From: Octopus bimaculoides
Taxonomy: Eukaryota
Direction of reading: 5' to 3'
Length of the DNA: 64,000 nucleotides
NCBI RefSeq assembly: GCF_001194135.2
Contig: NC_068982.1
Span: forward strand, 148,183,036-148,247,035
A program made the translations under genes and the position numbers. Of this stretch, positions 40,884-53,420 are shown one piece after another (position 1 is the first letter of the stretch; each line of letters starts with the position of its first letter). Below the pieces are notes generated by a model that was not told the DNA's origin, ran no database searches, and saw nothing but the letters and a program-made list of their open reading frames with translations.

Positions 40884-41252
40884 NNNNNNNNNNNNNNNNN
40901 NNNNNNNNNNNNNNNNNNNNNNNNNNNNNNNNNNNNNNNNNNNNNNNNNNNNNNNNNNNNNNNNNNNNNNNNNNNNNNNNNNNNNNNNNNNNNNNNNNNN
41001 NNNNNNNNNNNNNNNNNNNNNNNNNNNNNNNNNNNNNNNNNNNNNNNNNNNNNNNNNNNNNNNNNNNNNNNNNNNNNNNNNNNNNNNNNNNNNNNNNNNN
41101 NNNNNNNNNNNNNNNNNNNNNNNNNNNNNNNNNNNNNNNNNNNNNNNNNNNNNNNNNNNNNNNNNNNNNNNNNNNNNNNNNNNNNNNNNNNNNNNNNNNN
41201 NNNNNNNNNNNNNNNNNNNNNNNNNNNNNNNNNNNNNNNNNNNNNNNNNNNN

Positions 41253-41283
<31 letters not shown>

Positions 41284-44226
41284 AAAGAAAGAAAATCGAG
41301 AACAATGAATGTATGAATAATTTATTTGTATATAAAGATGTTGATATTTTTAAAAAACATAACAGTAAAAATAAATTATAACTTGGAAAGCTAAAAAAAT
41401 GTGAAAAACCTACATATATGTTTCAGTTCTAAACCCTAGTTGGTATGCAATTCTAAGAATTTGGTTATATGCTAAGAAAGGTATAATTGTTTGTCTGTGT
41501 GGGGTAGAACTTCTTCAAGGTCATGTGCTTATCCGTGGATCTAACTTCTTCGAATTGACTGTATATATATATAATATGTGTGTGTGCGAGAAAGAGAGAG
41601 AACAAAATATATATGCATATATAATGAAATAAACTACTAGCTGCAATTTGAGAATAATAAATATTACTTAATATTGCATTAATGGATCAAAACAGTTTGA
41701 TGCAAATTCATTTGTACTCCGAATTTCAAACGTCGTGCTAATCTTAAGTCATTGAGAATTCCCAACGGCTACAGATTAGCATCACTCGGAGTACCAACGA
41801 ATTTGAATCAAACTGTTTTGATTCGTACATATAACTTCCAGTAAATGTGTCGAGTACCCTTCTTTCGGTTGTCCAGTCACTCTATAATATTGAATTAAGT
41901 AATTTAAAGGTCTCGAACAGTATGTACTTCCTTTATTAAATAAAACACTTGAAAATTCCGGTGCTCACCCTTATATTTAGTTTCGAGGATAGCCCCAAAC
42001 CGTATTTTTCGACAATATAAATCAAAACAATTGAATCGCTTTCTTGTTCCAACGGGTAAACACTGATCATTTATTGGACAACCTGCCAGAATAAAAAAAG
42101 TAGTTTATTTTTAAATCAGTTATTGCTTCTGTGAAATATAAAGTTTTATTTTCGTTTTCTTAGATATATACATTATGCATTCGTAAACAATTAAATAATA
42201 ATCGATAGTTGATTGATTGATTTCTTCACTCATGCATTACATCACATAGAGAGAAAGTTTGAAGAGTAAAAGAGAGGTGCAGAGAAAGTTACAGTAAGAG
42301 GTGCAGAATGAGTGCTTAGATGGAGGAATAAGACATGAGTGCTAAATACACAGTGAGAGAGAAAAGTTCATACAGACAGCAGTAGGAAATAAGTAAATGA
42401 CAAAGTAGTTATGGAAAATACATGCATGCATGTGTGAAACGAAATACGTCAGTTACTGCATACTACAGACCAACAGTTTAAAATAATTTAAATTATGGTA
42501 CGCATACATATACATGAAGTGTATATACTTTAGTAAACAAGTACTTAGGAAAAATAATTTAGAATTTATTCCATAGTTCATATCCAAAATGTAAATGAAC
42601 AATCAAATGCAAAATTATTCACTGTGTTCATTTTATATAATGAAAATTTACCCACACAGTATATATATATATATGTATATATACTAACACACATACAGGA
42701 TTTAAATTCGATAATCTGACAAACTTGTATAGCATGCTGTGTATTGCCAAGCAATCTTTCAGGTTCAAACATGCAACATGGTTGGTCTTTTTTGAAAAAA
42801 AGTAAAGGAAGCCAGTTTGTTGGAAAACACGAAAATGTACCTTAGTCTTTCAGAAAAATTTTGTAGTTCTGTAGAGTTCTTAGATCTAAAAAGTATGAGA
42901 TTTTTCGGCTAAACAAAACCTGCATTTCTTTGATTCATTAACCTATGGCGAGGATCGTTCCATGATGCTCCACTTGATTGTATGTGGTGTACAGTTAGCC
43001 TTCAGATCCCAGATATTGCTAACTTCGTGGCTATAGTATTATTCACGATCGAAAAGAAGGCAAGTAGTTAGTGTATCTTTTGCTAAAATTTGTTCTGCCA
43101 ATGCACTTTTTTCTGTTGAGTTTCCGTATTCTGGAACGCTACTGTCACTTCAGCTTCATAAAACACTGAAATAATCGTGCATGTTTGGCCGAGTGCGCGA
43201 GGAACTGAGTTTCGACAGCTACAACTAGGAGTGGACGCTTGGTATGACCTCTGAGTGATAATATTTTTCTTATTGGTTTATCAGCTGTATGTCCATTACA
43301 AATTTTGCTATTAACTGGAAATGCTTATCTATTAAGGCAAGAGATTTTCTACCTACGTCAGTCTTAACATTCAGAGGAAATGGGAACCAACCATATAATC
43401 TTTTTGGTTTTGTAATTTTAATCATATGGTTGTAAGTTATCTTTTCTTTCAAGTCACTGTTAACCAGGGTGTGACTATAATAGGGTGCTTCCTTATCGAT
43501 TGTTTCCTTAGAAGAGGAGAGTTTAGATATATTATTGTTGATATTGACTGTAAGGTTTTTGAACACTATAGTGGTACAATGTAGTAGGATTGTTTATGTA
43601 GATAACTCACTTTTTCATCGGGTTTATTTTGAGAAGGCACATTTAGGTCTTGGGTAGCATCTAAGAAATCGACTTTAGAGAAGTTAGTAATTACAGTAAT
43701 TATGAGGTCTATTCGTCATAGAGTATTTATGAAATTCTTCGTTGATTTAACAAGACCATCATAGCCTATACTATTGTTATAGTATTGACGAATGTCATGG
43801 TAGGGAAACTTAGATATTATCTATCTAATATAAAAAGACCTACTATCAGCACTGCCATATGAATCCATCGATTCATCAAATAATTCATCTTTTTCAGACT
43901 TTATACATAAATGAAGCTGTGTGGCCCAGTGGTTACGGTGTTGCACTCACGATTCTAAGATCGTAGTTTCGGTTACCGAACTGGATGGTACATTGTGTTT
44001 TTGAGCAAAATGCTTCATTTCATGTTCCTTTGCAAATACTTCTCTGTTTGATGTGTAGCACATCGTGCACTCGTTCGGGTAAAGTCGATTTGATGAAAGA
44101 AGTGAGTACATGTATACCACAGGATTTTGTTTATGATAAGCAAATCGTCTGTGCGGGTTAGTCAGCAAGATGTTGCAGAATCCTCATCTGCAGTTTACAA
44201 CAGGAGAGGCAAGCATATATACATAC

Positions 44227-44288
<62 letters not shown>

Positions 44289-47200
44289 GCTGAGAGAGGG
44301 GGAAAGAGAGAAAAGAAGCATGAATTTGGTATTCTTTTATTTCATCTGTTACACGTTTTTGAGTTCGATTATTTAAGATGTATTATAAAAGCAATTTACA
44401 AAGGCCTTTTAATCACTCCGGTTATGTCTTCAGGTCAGGTATTTATATAAGATGGTTGGATGTCTATGATTCGATGTTTGGTATGATTAGGTGCTCTTTG
44501 CAAATTGCATTTATAATACATTCATAATTGAAAACTGAAACTTATGTAACAGATTAAATAAAGGAACAACAGAACACCAAATTCGGGCTTCATGTCTTTC
44601 TCTCCTTATATATTGCTTAATTATTTGTCAGGGCTATCATGCAAGAATGACCAGAAAATTCTTTATTTTGTATATGATTAGTAACTGATGGAGATCAATA
44701 GATAAAAACGCATGACAAATAAAGTATTATTTTCTGTTAGTATATGAAGTACATATATTTTTGGCATGAATGTTTTAGCGTATTACATGACAGACCTTCC
44801 TCCGAGTGATCTACAGGCTTACCCATGAATTCTTTGAAAAAATTATATCCATTTTCGAGTTTCTTGCAAATTCCATAGCGACAGTGCTTGAGTTTGTATT
44901 TCTTTCCAGTTTTGTAACACACATTTTTATCTAAACAACCTTTGAGGGGAAAAATAGTTTTTGTTTATTTCAGTGATTGAAATTTATACTTGTGTGAATT
45001 ATGTAATTATATTGGTCTCATCTGAAATATATAAATTATTCTTTCAATAAATTTATGACTACTGAATATTAACTACGTTTTGAAAGACAAGTATGTACCT
45101 GAAAATTATGTCACATCTCAATAATAATTAATGCCTCAATCAATAAACTCACTTTACTAAACATGGCGTATGCTTTATAACAGAGGGGGAGGTCATTTGT
45201 TTTACTTATAGATATTTATTGATTATTACATGATTGATTTAATAGAATATATTCAAGAGTGCATTTTTCTAAAACATACCTTAATGAAAGCTTTACAACA
45301 AGTTTTGCTTTTTGTTGGCATTGTGATTAAATGTATTATAATTTGAGATGTACCAGATGATATATCTTTTCAACAACATGTTTTAAATTCAATGCGAAAA
45401 GGAAGCAATGATTTTACACCATAGATTTTAACTCTCTGTGTTTAAAAGAAATGGCATCATTGTGACCTATCTTAGAGCTTCGCAAGCGGAAGAAAATGCA
45501 GCTTCTGTTAAAAAAGATTAGAAGTATATAGCTAATCCTAATGTATAGAACTTGGAATTACACGGAATTACTCTGTCTAAATTGCATAACAGTTTCCAAC
45601 ATGGAATCATTCAGTAATATCCTCGTGCACTGTAAATTGCTTTTGAATAATTTGAAATGTAATCTTTTCTAATTTCTCTTAGAACGTTCCCCATTTTCAT
45701 TTGCACGGACAAGTAAAATCTGTGGTGTGACCTCTTTGTTTACTACCCGCAGCATCGATAAAACACATCATTATTGTCATGTATTCATTAAAAACTTAAT
45801 TATCCCAAAGGACTGTGTAGTGCACAATGAATTAATTTGCAACACAGAGCAATATTACACTAATCTTCTGCCTTTTCTGCAGACATATTTCTAGCACAAA
45901 TCACATTGCATAAATAAAGCTCATAAATATTAGATGGAAGAAAACTTCCTAGGAATGAGGGTAGTTGATGTCAACACTCTTTGGAGTCTCATAGATTGTT
46001 GGTTTCCCAGAGATCTGGTCAAAAAGTTTGTCACTAACTTTCTTGAACATTCCCAGGGCACCTACAGAGATAGTTTTTGTTTTTAATTGCAACATCCTAG
46101 ATATCTCAATCTCAAGGTCCTTATATTTCGACAGTTTTTCAAATTCTTTTGCTGAGATGTTTCTATCAGTAGGTACTGTCATGTCAATTAACAAGTATGC
46201 TTTTTGTTTTAGGTCTTTGATGACGATGTCTGGTCTGTTATCATTTATTTGCCTATTTGTATGTATTCCATAATCCCACAGGATAGTAGCATTCTGTCCC
46301 TCAGTGATTGGCTCTGGATGATGTTTGTAACAGTCCTTAGGGTGCAGAATATCATAGTGACGACATACTCTCCAGTATTGGCCAACTCGATCATGCCTGG
46401 TTTTATATTCTGTAGGTGCAAGGACTGAGCAACCGGCAACAATGTGGTCAATACGCTCAAGTTTGTCATTGCAGAGTATACCTCACTGTGTGTGACATTA
46501 GCTTGATAGTTCTAGATAAGAAGACTCTGGCCTTGTGCTGCTAGAATGAATCTTTCTCTTTCAACTTTTAAACCAACACTCTGCAACCACTGATGGGTTC
46601 TTCTTATATTTATATCAGCTTCTCCCAGCTCGTTTGAGGTGTTGCGCATTCAATGGTTTTCTTTTCACAGTCTTGATATTTCCTCGAAGCTTTCCTGTTT
46701 GGCTTTTGCTTTACATATCTCTGCTGCCTTAGTAGGTGGTGTGTCCTTATCAACATCATAATCAGGTAGCTTAAGCTCTCGTCTGTATTTACACGCTTCG
46801 TTGTGATTGAGTGCAGTTTCTTAATCTGTTCATGTTGCCTTACCATCTTGATCTGTTCATGTTGCCTTGCCATCTTAATCTGTGATGAAAAGTGGTGTAA
46901 TCACAAAGTACCGATACTGCAACGATGGGATTGAATCACTAAGCACCCTAATCTCCGGGTGTAAGGTTTTAGCACTTGTAGAGTACAAATGAATATATGA
47001 CAGATGTGTCAACATCCAACACCACTGAATGTGAGGTATTCAATTTCCCATTTTGAAAAGTGGCCTAAGCACATTTATCACGACCAAATTCCATCCCGAT
47101 ATCATCACTGAATGCTTTCACAGACGTAGTAATCCTTTCGCACAAAATTGTAGATATTAATCTTTTAAAATTTTCTAGAGATAATCGTTTGTATGTCCGA

Positions 47201-47526
47201 TTAGAGAAGACTGTAGTACTTTTGCAATAAAAAGGATGTTTATATTTTCGAATACTTGGGGAGAAAGGAAAGAATAGTCATTCACAGAAGTTGTAGATAT
47301 TAAAGTTTTTAAATCTGATCGTTTGTGTGTTTGAAAACTGTAGATATGTAAGTTTCTTGACTTATTTTGAGGGAAATTTAAAATACTTACAGGAAATTGT
47401 AGATATTCCAGTCTTTGAGTGTTATTTTTCAGTTGTCCTGCTGGGTTGTATTAGTGTTTCTGTGTTTTCGGCTGCTGACTGGTCAGAGCAGCGAATGACA
47501 CGTCCAGCAGCTGTCAAGGCTGGCGC

Positions 47527-47588
<62 letters not shown>

Positions 47589-50500
47589 GAGTGAGGGAGC
47601 AATGCATGTCATCAAAATGACACTGGGGTACAAATATACGAAACCCAATATAACTATCATGACGTCTCATCTAAGGGTACACCAGGTACATGCATCATAA
47701 CCATATGTCGGTGACATGGTGAACTCATACAAGATAAATAACGCAGGACCTTGCAAGGAGAAACCGGTTAGGATTTCTTTTCGGTCGAGTAGCCCATCCC
47801 GCTCAAAAGCTCCTTGAATAACATTTGTTTACGAATGTCGAATGAAAGACCCAGTTTTCCAAAGGGGAATTATTCAAACCCCAAAAAATTTCTCTCAACA
47901 CTTTTTTCTATATATTGCGAGCTGGACTGAACTACTGCTATTACTAGCGGACGAGTATCTATAACCGAGGATGACCATAAAGAGGTCGAAACTGTACAGT
48001 CAGGTGATCTCAGTGCTAGAGTTCTCTTCTCGTCAGTGATATATATCGAGTGCAAAGTATACTGAATAACCAACTGGAGAAGGCGCCCTCACGAGTTTAA
48101 AATAGAAGTATCGCCGGTTCTTAAGCAGCATCCGTCTTTAGGTGGGGTTAAACACTACTTCACAATATAAACACTGCTTTCATTTCTCATAGGGATTTTC
48201 TTAACTTGCTAGTTTGCTTGTTACATATATACATATATAGGTATAAATATATATNNNNNNNNNNNNNNNNNNNNNNNNNNNNNNNNNNNNNNNNNNNNNN
48301 NNNNNNNNNNNNNNNNNNNNNNNNNNNNNNNNNNNNNNNNNNNNNNNNNNNNNNNNNNNNNNNNNNNNNNNNNNNNNNNNNNNNNNNNNNNNNNNNNNNN
48401 NNNNNNNNNTATATATATCCACCTCTACCCCCACCTTCAGCCTAACCCACACCACACACCACTACACCATACACCACCATATCACACAACACATCACATC
48501 ACAATACACCACCACATACATACCAGCACTGACCACTTCCCAGCCCCACATTTTCACACATACATACACGCACACGTCAAGATCACCAGCCCTTTTCCAC
48601 ACACACATACAAACTCTCTTGTACAACGCACGCTTACCTTCATTTTGGGATAACCACTACTTTATTACTTCCCCTTCTCCCTAGCTCTCCTGTGTGACCC
48701 TTCTGTCCGGCATTCGCCATGATAGATCGCTAGCCACTACATATTCTTTATTTTCTCTCCTTGTTTCTTTCTGTGTTCCTTTCTGTGGAAGAGCGTAGGC
48801 AAACTTAGGTTCACAGTAGAAATGAGTAAAATGGATCATAAAAACTGGTATGTTACAGATTCAATAACATTGTTTTTCATAGAACGTAAGAGACTAAAAC
48901 AAGAAGTATGGAACGGCTCAGTTTGGTGATTTCCCATCTTCGAATGCCTTCAACTTGGAAATAATGCTCCCTAAATTGGATTATAGTCCTATTAAATATA
49001 ATGAAAAGATGGCTTACACAACAGAGGCTTCAAAGTGAACAACATTTTTATAGAGGTGGGTAAACAGTTCATCCAGTTTACGCACCTCTTTGTACGGCGA
49101 CTTATGTTAGTAGTAGAAGAGACTACAGTGCCCTTGACCCGTTGGGTTACCTGGAAACTCTGACTGTCCCAGCAATGGACTTTTGTTTCGTAAGTTTTTT
49201 CTTTTCCAGTTTATTTGGCATGCTTTCAACGAATGTGACATCGAAAGGTTAGAGTTTCTTTCCTTTCAAGATGGAGTAAAACTATACACCGTTTTGGGTG
49301 TTTATCTCACCAAACACGAATATCTCAATAACTACTGCTCCGATTTACGCGAAACTTGTTTCATTCCTTTCGTATTAATGTATGTATGTATGTATATATA
49401 TATATATATATATATNNNNNNNNNNNNNNNNNNNNNNNNNNNNNNNNNNNNNNNNNNNNNNNNNNNNNNNNNNNNNNNNNNNNNNNNNNNNNNNNNNNNN
49501 NNNNNNNNNNNNNNNNNNNNNNNNNNNNNNNNNNNNNNNNNNNNNNNNNNNNNNNNNNNNNNNNNNNNNNNNNNNNNNNNNNNNNNNNNNNNNNNNNNNN
49601 NNNNNNNNNNNNNNNNNNNNNNNNNNNNNNNNNNNNNNNNNNNNNNNNNNNNNNNNNNNNNNNNNNNNNNNNNNNNNNNNNNNNNNNNNNNNNNNNNNNN
49701 NNNNNNNNNNNNNNNNNNNNNNNNNNNNNNNNNNNNNNNNNNNNNNNNNNNNNNNNNNNATATAAATATATATGTGAGTGCGTGTTTATATATATATATA
49801 GTTTTAGTAATGCTATAAATGATACTGAAAACTATAATGCTTGTCGAAAATTGTAAACGAAGAAAAAGACGACTATAATGTGCACAAGTTACTGTTTTAC
49901 CAGTGTACTAGTTTTGACGTTTAGCCTCTGAGAAACGTTGCTGACGCAGACTTATGATCAAAGATAGCCTAAAAAGATCATCGCTTACGTTGGGGAATAA
50001 AATATCAAAAGATTTCCATCGTTTATTAAGATTGTGGAATGTGAACTGAGTGGGATTTGGCTCCTCTTTTATCTACTAGTAGCTGCTCAATGAATTTTTA
50101 TGTTGATTATGAAAAAGAACAATATTTCTATTTATCAGAATTCATAAATTTCACATGAACAAATTTCATTATACAACTGATGATACATTTTAGCATACCT
50201 GTGAATTCCCTTTTCCACTTATATCCAGTAATTGATAAATTCGTACAGGTAAGGAGTACACATTCACTTTCTGCTACAGTTTCACCAGACTGGTAGCATT
50301 TGTGATTCACTCTACAGCCTGAAAAATAAATTGATAAGAACAATTTCAAATAATTGCAAAATGACGTTTAGAAAGTATAGGATTCTTTTACAACTCTTTA
50401 CATCGGAAACGTTGTACAGTCCCTCGCTGATTGGAAGAGGCGACCGTCTGGAAGGGATGTTCTCGTCGCTCCTTTCTGCCAACGGGCAGCCCCACGCGAC

Positions 50501-50999
50501 CCCGTTGCCTGATCGACTCTACACGGTCGGCGTGTCCCCGACTTTCCGGTTATTCAACTGATGGAATGAAATCTAACGTACCTGTGAATTCCCTTTTCCA
50601 CTTATATCCAGTAACTGGTGAATGCGTACAGATAAATCGTTCACATGTCCTTTTTGCAGTCACAATTCTACCATTCTGGTAACATTTGTAATTCAATAAA
50701 CAACCTGAAAAAAATTAAGAACAATTTTTTTTTAGAGTCACAAACTAATGTTCAGAAAGTATAGAATTCTTTTACAACGCTTCATATCGAAAACGTTGTA
50801 GAGTCGTTCAGGTCAAATTAAGTCATGCTACTCATGTTCCAGGGAAGCGTCAGCCCACTGACTGAAACAGTAAAATGCCATACAAAGGCTGATATTCATA
50901 ATTATTTGTGAAAAGCTTCAAAAATATACTGAAACATTAACACGCAACTAAAGCACGCATATAACTATAATTGTTTGTCTGGCTGAAATCCTAGAATTA

Positions 51000-51043
<44 letters not shown>

Positions 51044-51254
51044 ATATATGTGTGTGTGTGTTCAAAGATACAGGTAAAGAAATAATTTTATTCTCAAAGT
51101 GATTCCTTATCTCTATCTTTCAATACAAGGCTTCTAAAGCAAACTTTGTTGACCTTCAACGTAAGTTGAATTTAACATATGTATCTATGTATTATGTATG
51201 TATGTATGCATGTATGTATGTATGTATGTATGTACGTATGTATTATGTGTGTGT

Positions 51255-51293
<39 letters not shown>

Positions 51294-53325
51294 TGTGCAT
51301 CACCCTTTTTATTCCTCTTTTACTATTTTTACCGTTCGTTATACAGCTAAATTTAGATTTAATTAATGAAATTAAATGTCCTCGTGCTGCATTGTCTAAT
51401 TGCCTTTCCTCACTACACACACACACACGAAGGTGGGCTGAGAAGCCCACAGGCTAAGTATGAAGGAGGGGTGCTAAAGCTGTAATATCTTGCATTCATC
51501 ATTCCCAACTACAACTATTTTTATCAATAACTGCATTGTTTCTTTCCAGCTAAACTAACATCAGACTCTTCAAAGGCTCCCAAAGAAACTAGTTGCGTCT
51601 TGTCTTGAAAATGGAGAAAAATTAACATCGTCGTGTCATCAAGTACCTGCAGGAAAAGGGTTTAGACTTCAAGGCTATTTATGCTAACATTGTTGCTATA
51701 TTAGGGCATAAGGCTCCAGCTTTATTAACAATGCAAAAAAGGGCAGCTAAATTTGTGAGAAGAAAGAGTCTTTAAGATGACCCAAGTTCTGGACGTCCTA
51801 CAATTGCTACCACCGAGAAAAACATTGCTCGTGTTCACCACATGTTACTGCATGACAGGTAACTGACTGTAAATCAAATAGCCAATGCTATTAGCATATC
51901 TTGTGAGAGAGTAGAGAAAATTCTTCAAAATAAACTTAGCATGACGAAATTTTCTGCGCAGTGTGTGCCACATCTTCTGACACCTGATCAAAATGTACCT
52001 GGTTGATCACATCACAAGAAAATTAGACATTGTTTCTGGCAGATACAACTGGTTGCCATCAACGATTCCTAAGCCAAGTTGAGTGTTGGCTATATCATTT
52101 TGAGCTGCAGATAGATACAATCCATGCAATGGAAACACCCTTTCTTACCTGCTCCGAGGAAAGCCATGGTCATTTTGTCTGCAAGGAAGTTGATGGCCTC
52201 GGTTTTTTGGGATGCAAAAGGCATTGTGTTTATTAACTTTCTTCAAAAGGGCCACACCATCAATGCAAAGTACTATGCCAACTTGCTGGAGCAGATATGA
52301 CAGGCTACCAAAACCTTGTTTCACTAGGACAATATTCCAGCACACAACTCCTTCAATCCAATTGGTGCTGTGCATCATTATAGCTTTAAGCTGGTTGATT
52401 ATTCTCTCTGTTCTTCTTACTTGTATCGCAGTGATGAAGATGTCATGTTGTTAATGACTTTTATCTGTCAAGTGTGGTAGAAGAGGATCACAAGTTTAGC
52501 CTTAGAAATATTTGTAGGCTTATCCCGCTACGTCCGTGCGTTAATATCACGTGAGTATATTTTTTGCACCCAAAATTAAGGCTGACACGATTGAGTCAAC
52601 ACGACTCGTGAGAGTCTGAAACAAGGCTTTCTAAATTTAATTTGTCAAGTGTTAGAGTGGACAGGAATTGTTTCTATGTAGAGCAATGGTTGAATAGTTA
52701 TGGTTTGTATCTATGTATGCAGGCATCAAATTTTGTTCTCCACTAAATTCGTGTTAGAATCATACGATGAAAAGTCAAGAATGTGTTCAAAGTTTTGATT
52801 GTTAGCTGTGTAAATTCAGCACATCACTGAGTTTAGTGGTCAATGTACTTTGTTAAAGTTCAATCAGTCTTTGTTTGAATTTTTTATGAATATATTTTCT
52901 TTGTTTATCCGTGTTTGGTCTGTGGTATTGACTGAATAAAAGTAAAGTGGAAAGACTTGGAACTTGAGACATTTATCTTTTGTGTATGTTTATGTGTCCA
53001 CCCAGCCTTGATTGTTTGAGATTATCACTAGACACGTTCACTCAACCGGGACAGCTTTGATATACGGCGCCAAACATATTGTTACATGGCATTAAAGAAC
53101 GGGCGTAGCTGGGAACTTACAAAACTTTCTAAACCTTATCACGTGATCACCCTCGGTCAGTCAAATCGTATCCAAGACAATTTTTGAATTGCAAACAAAA
53201 GCAAGACAGTTCCAGCATAGGCTTATGACTTTCTATCTCAAGCTTTTGAAAATCAGACAAATCTGTGAAACTGGTTAAGTCTTTAAAAAATTTTAAAACT
53301 AAATCAATCCAAGAGCATTTTCAAC

Positions 53326-53420
<95 letters not shown>

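Noticed and set aside
42697-42786. Possible 90-nt phase-1 exon in gene A, (D)[29 protein letters not shown]
   Set aside because: In frame and AG/GT-bounded, but the acceptor (AAAAAAG) and donor (CCT|GT) are weak, it does not fit the module pattern, and no counterpart is visible in gene B. It needs RNA-seq to be accepted.
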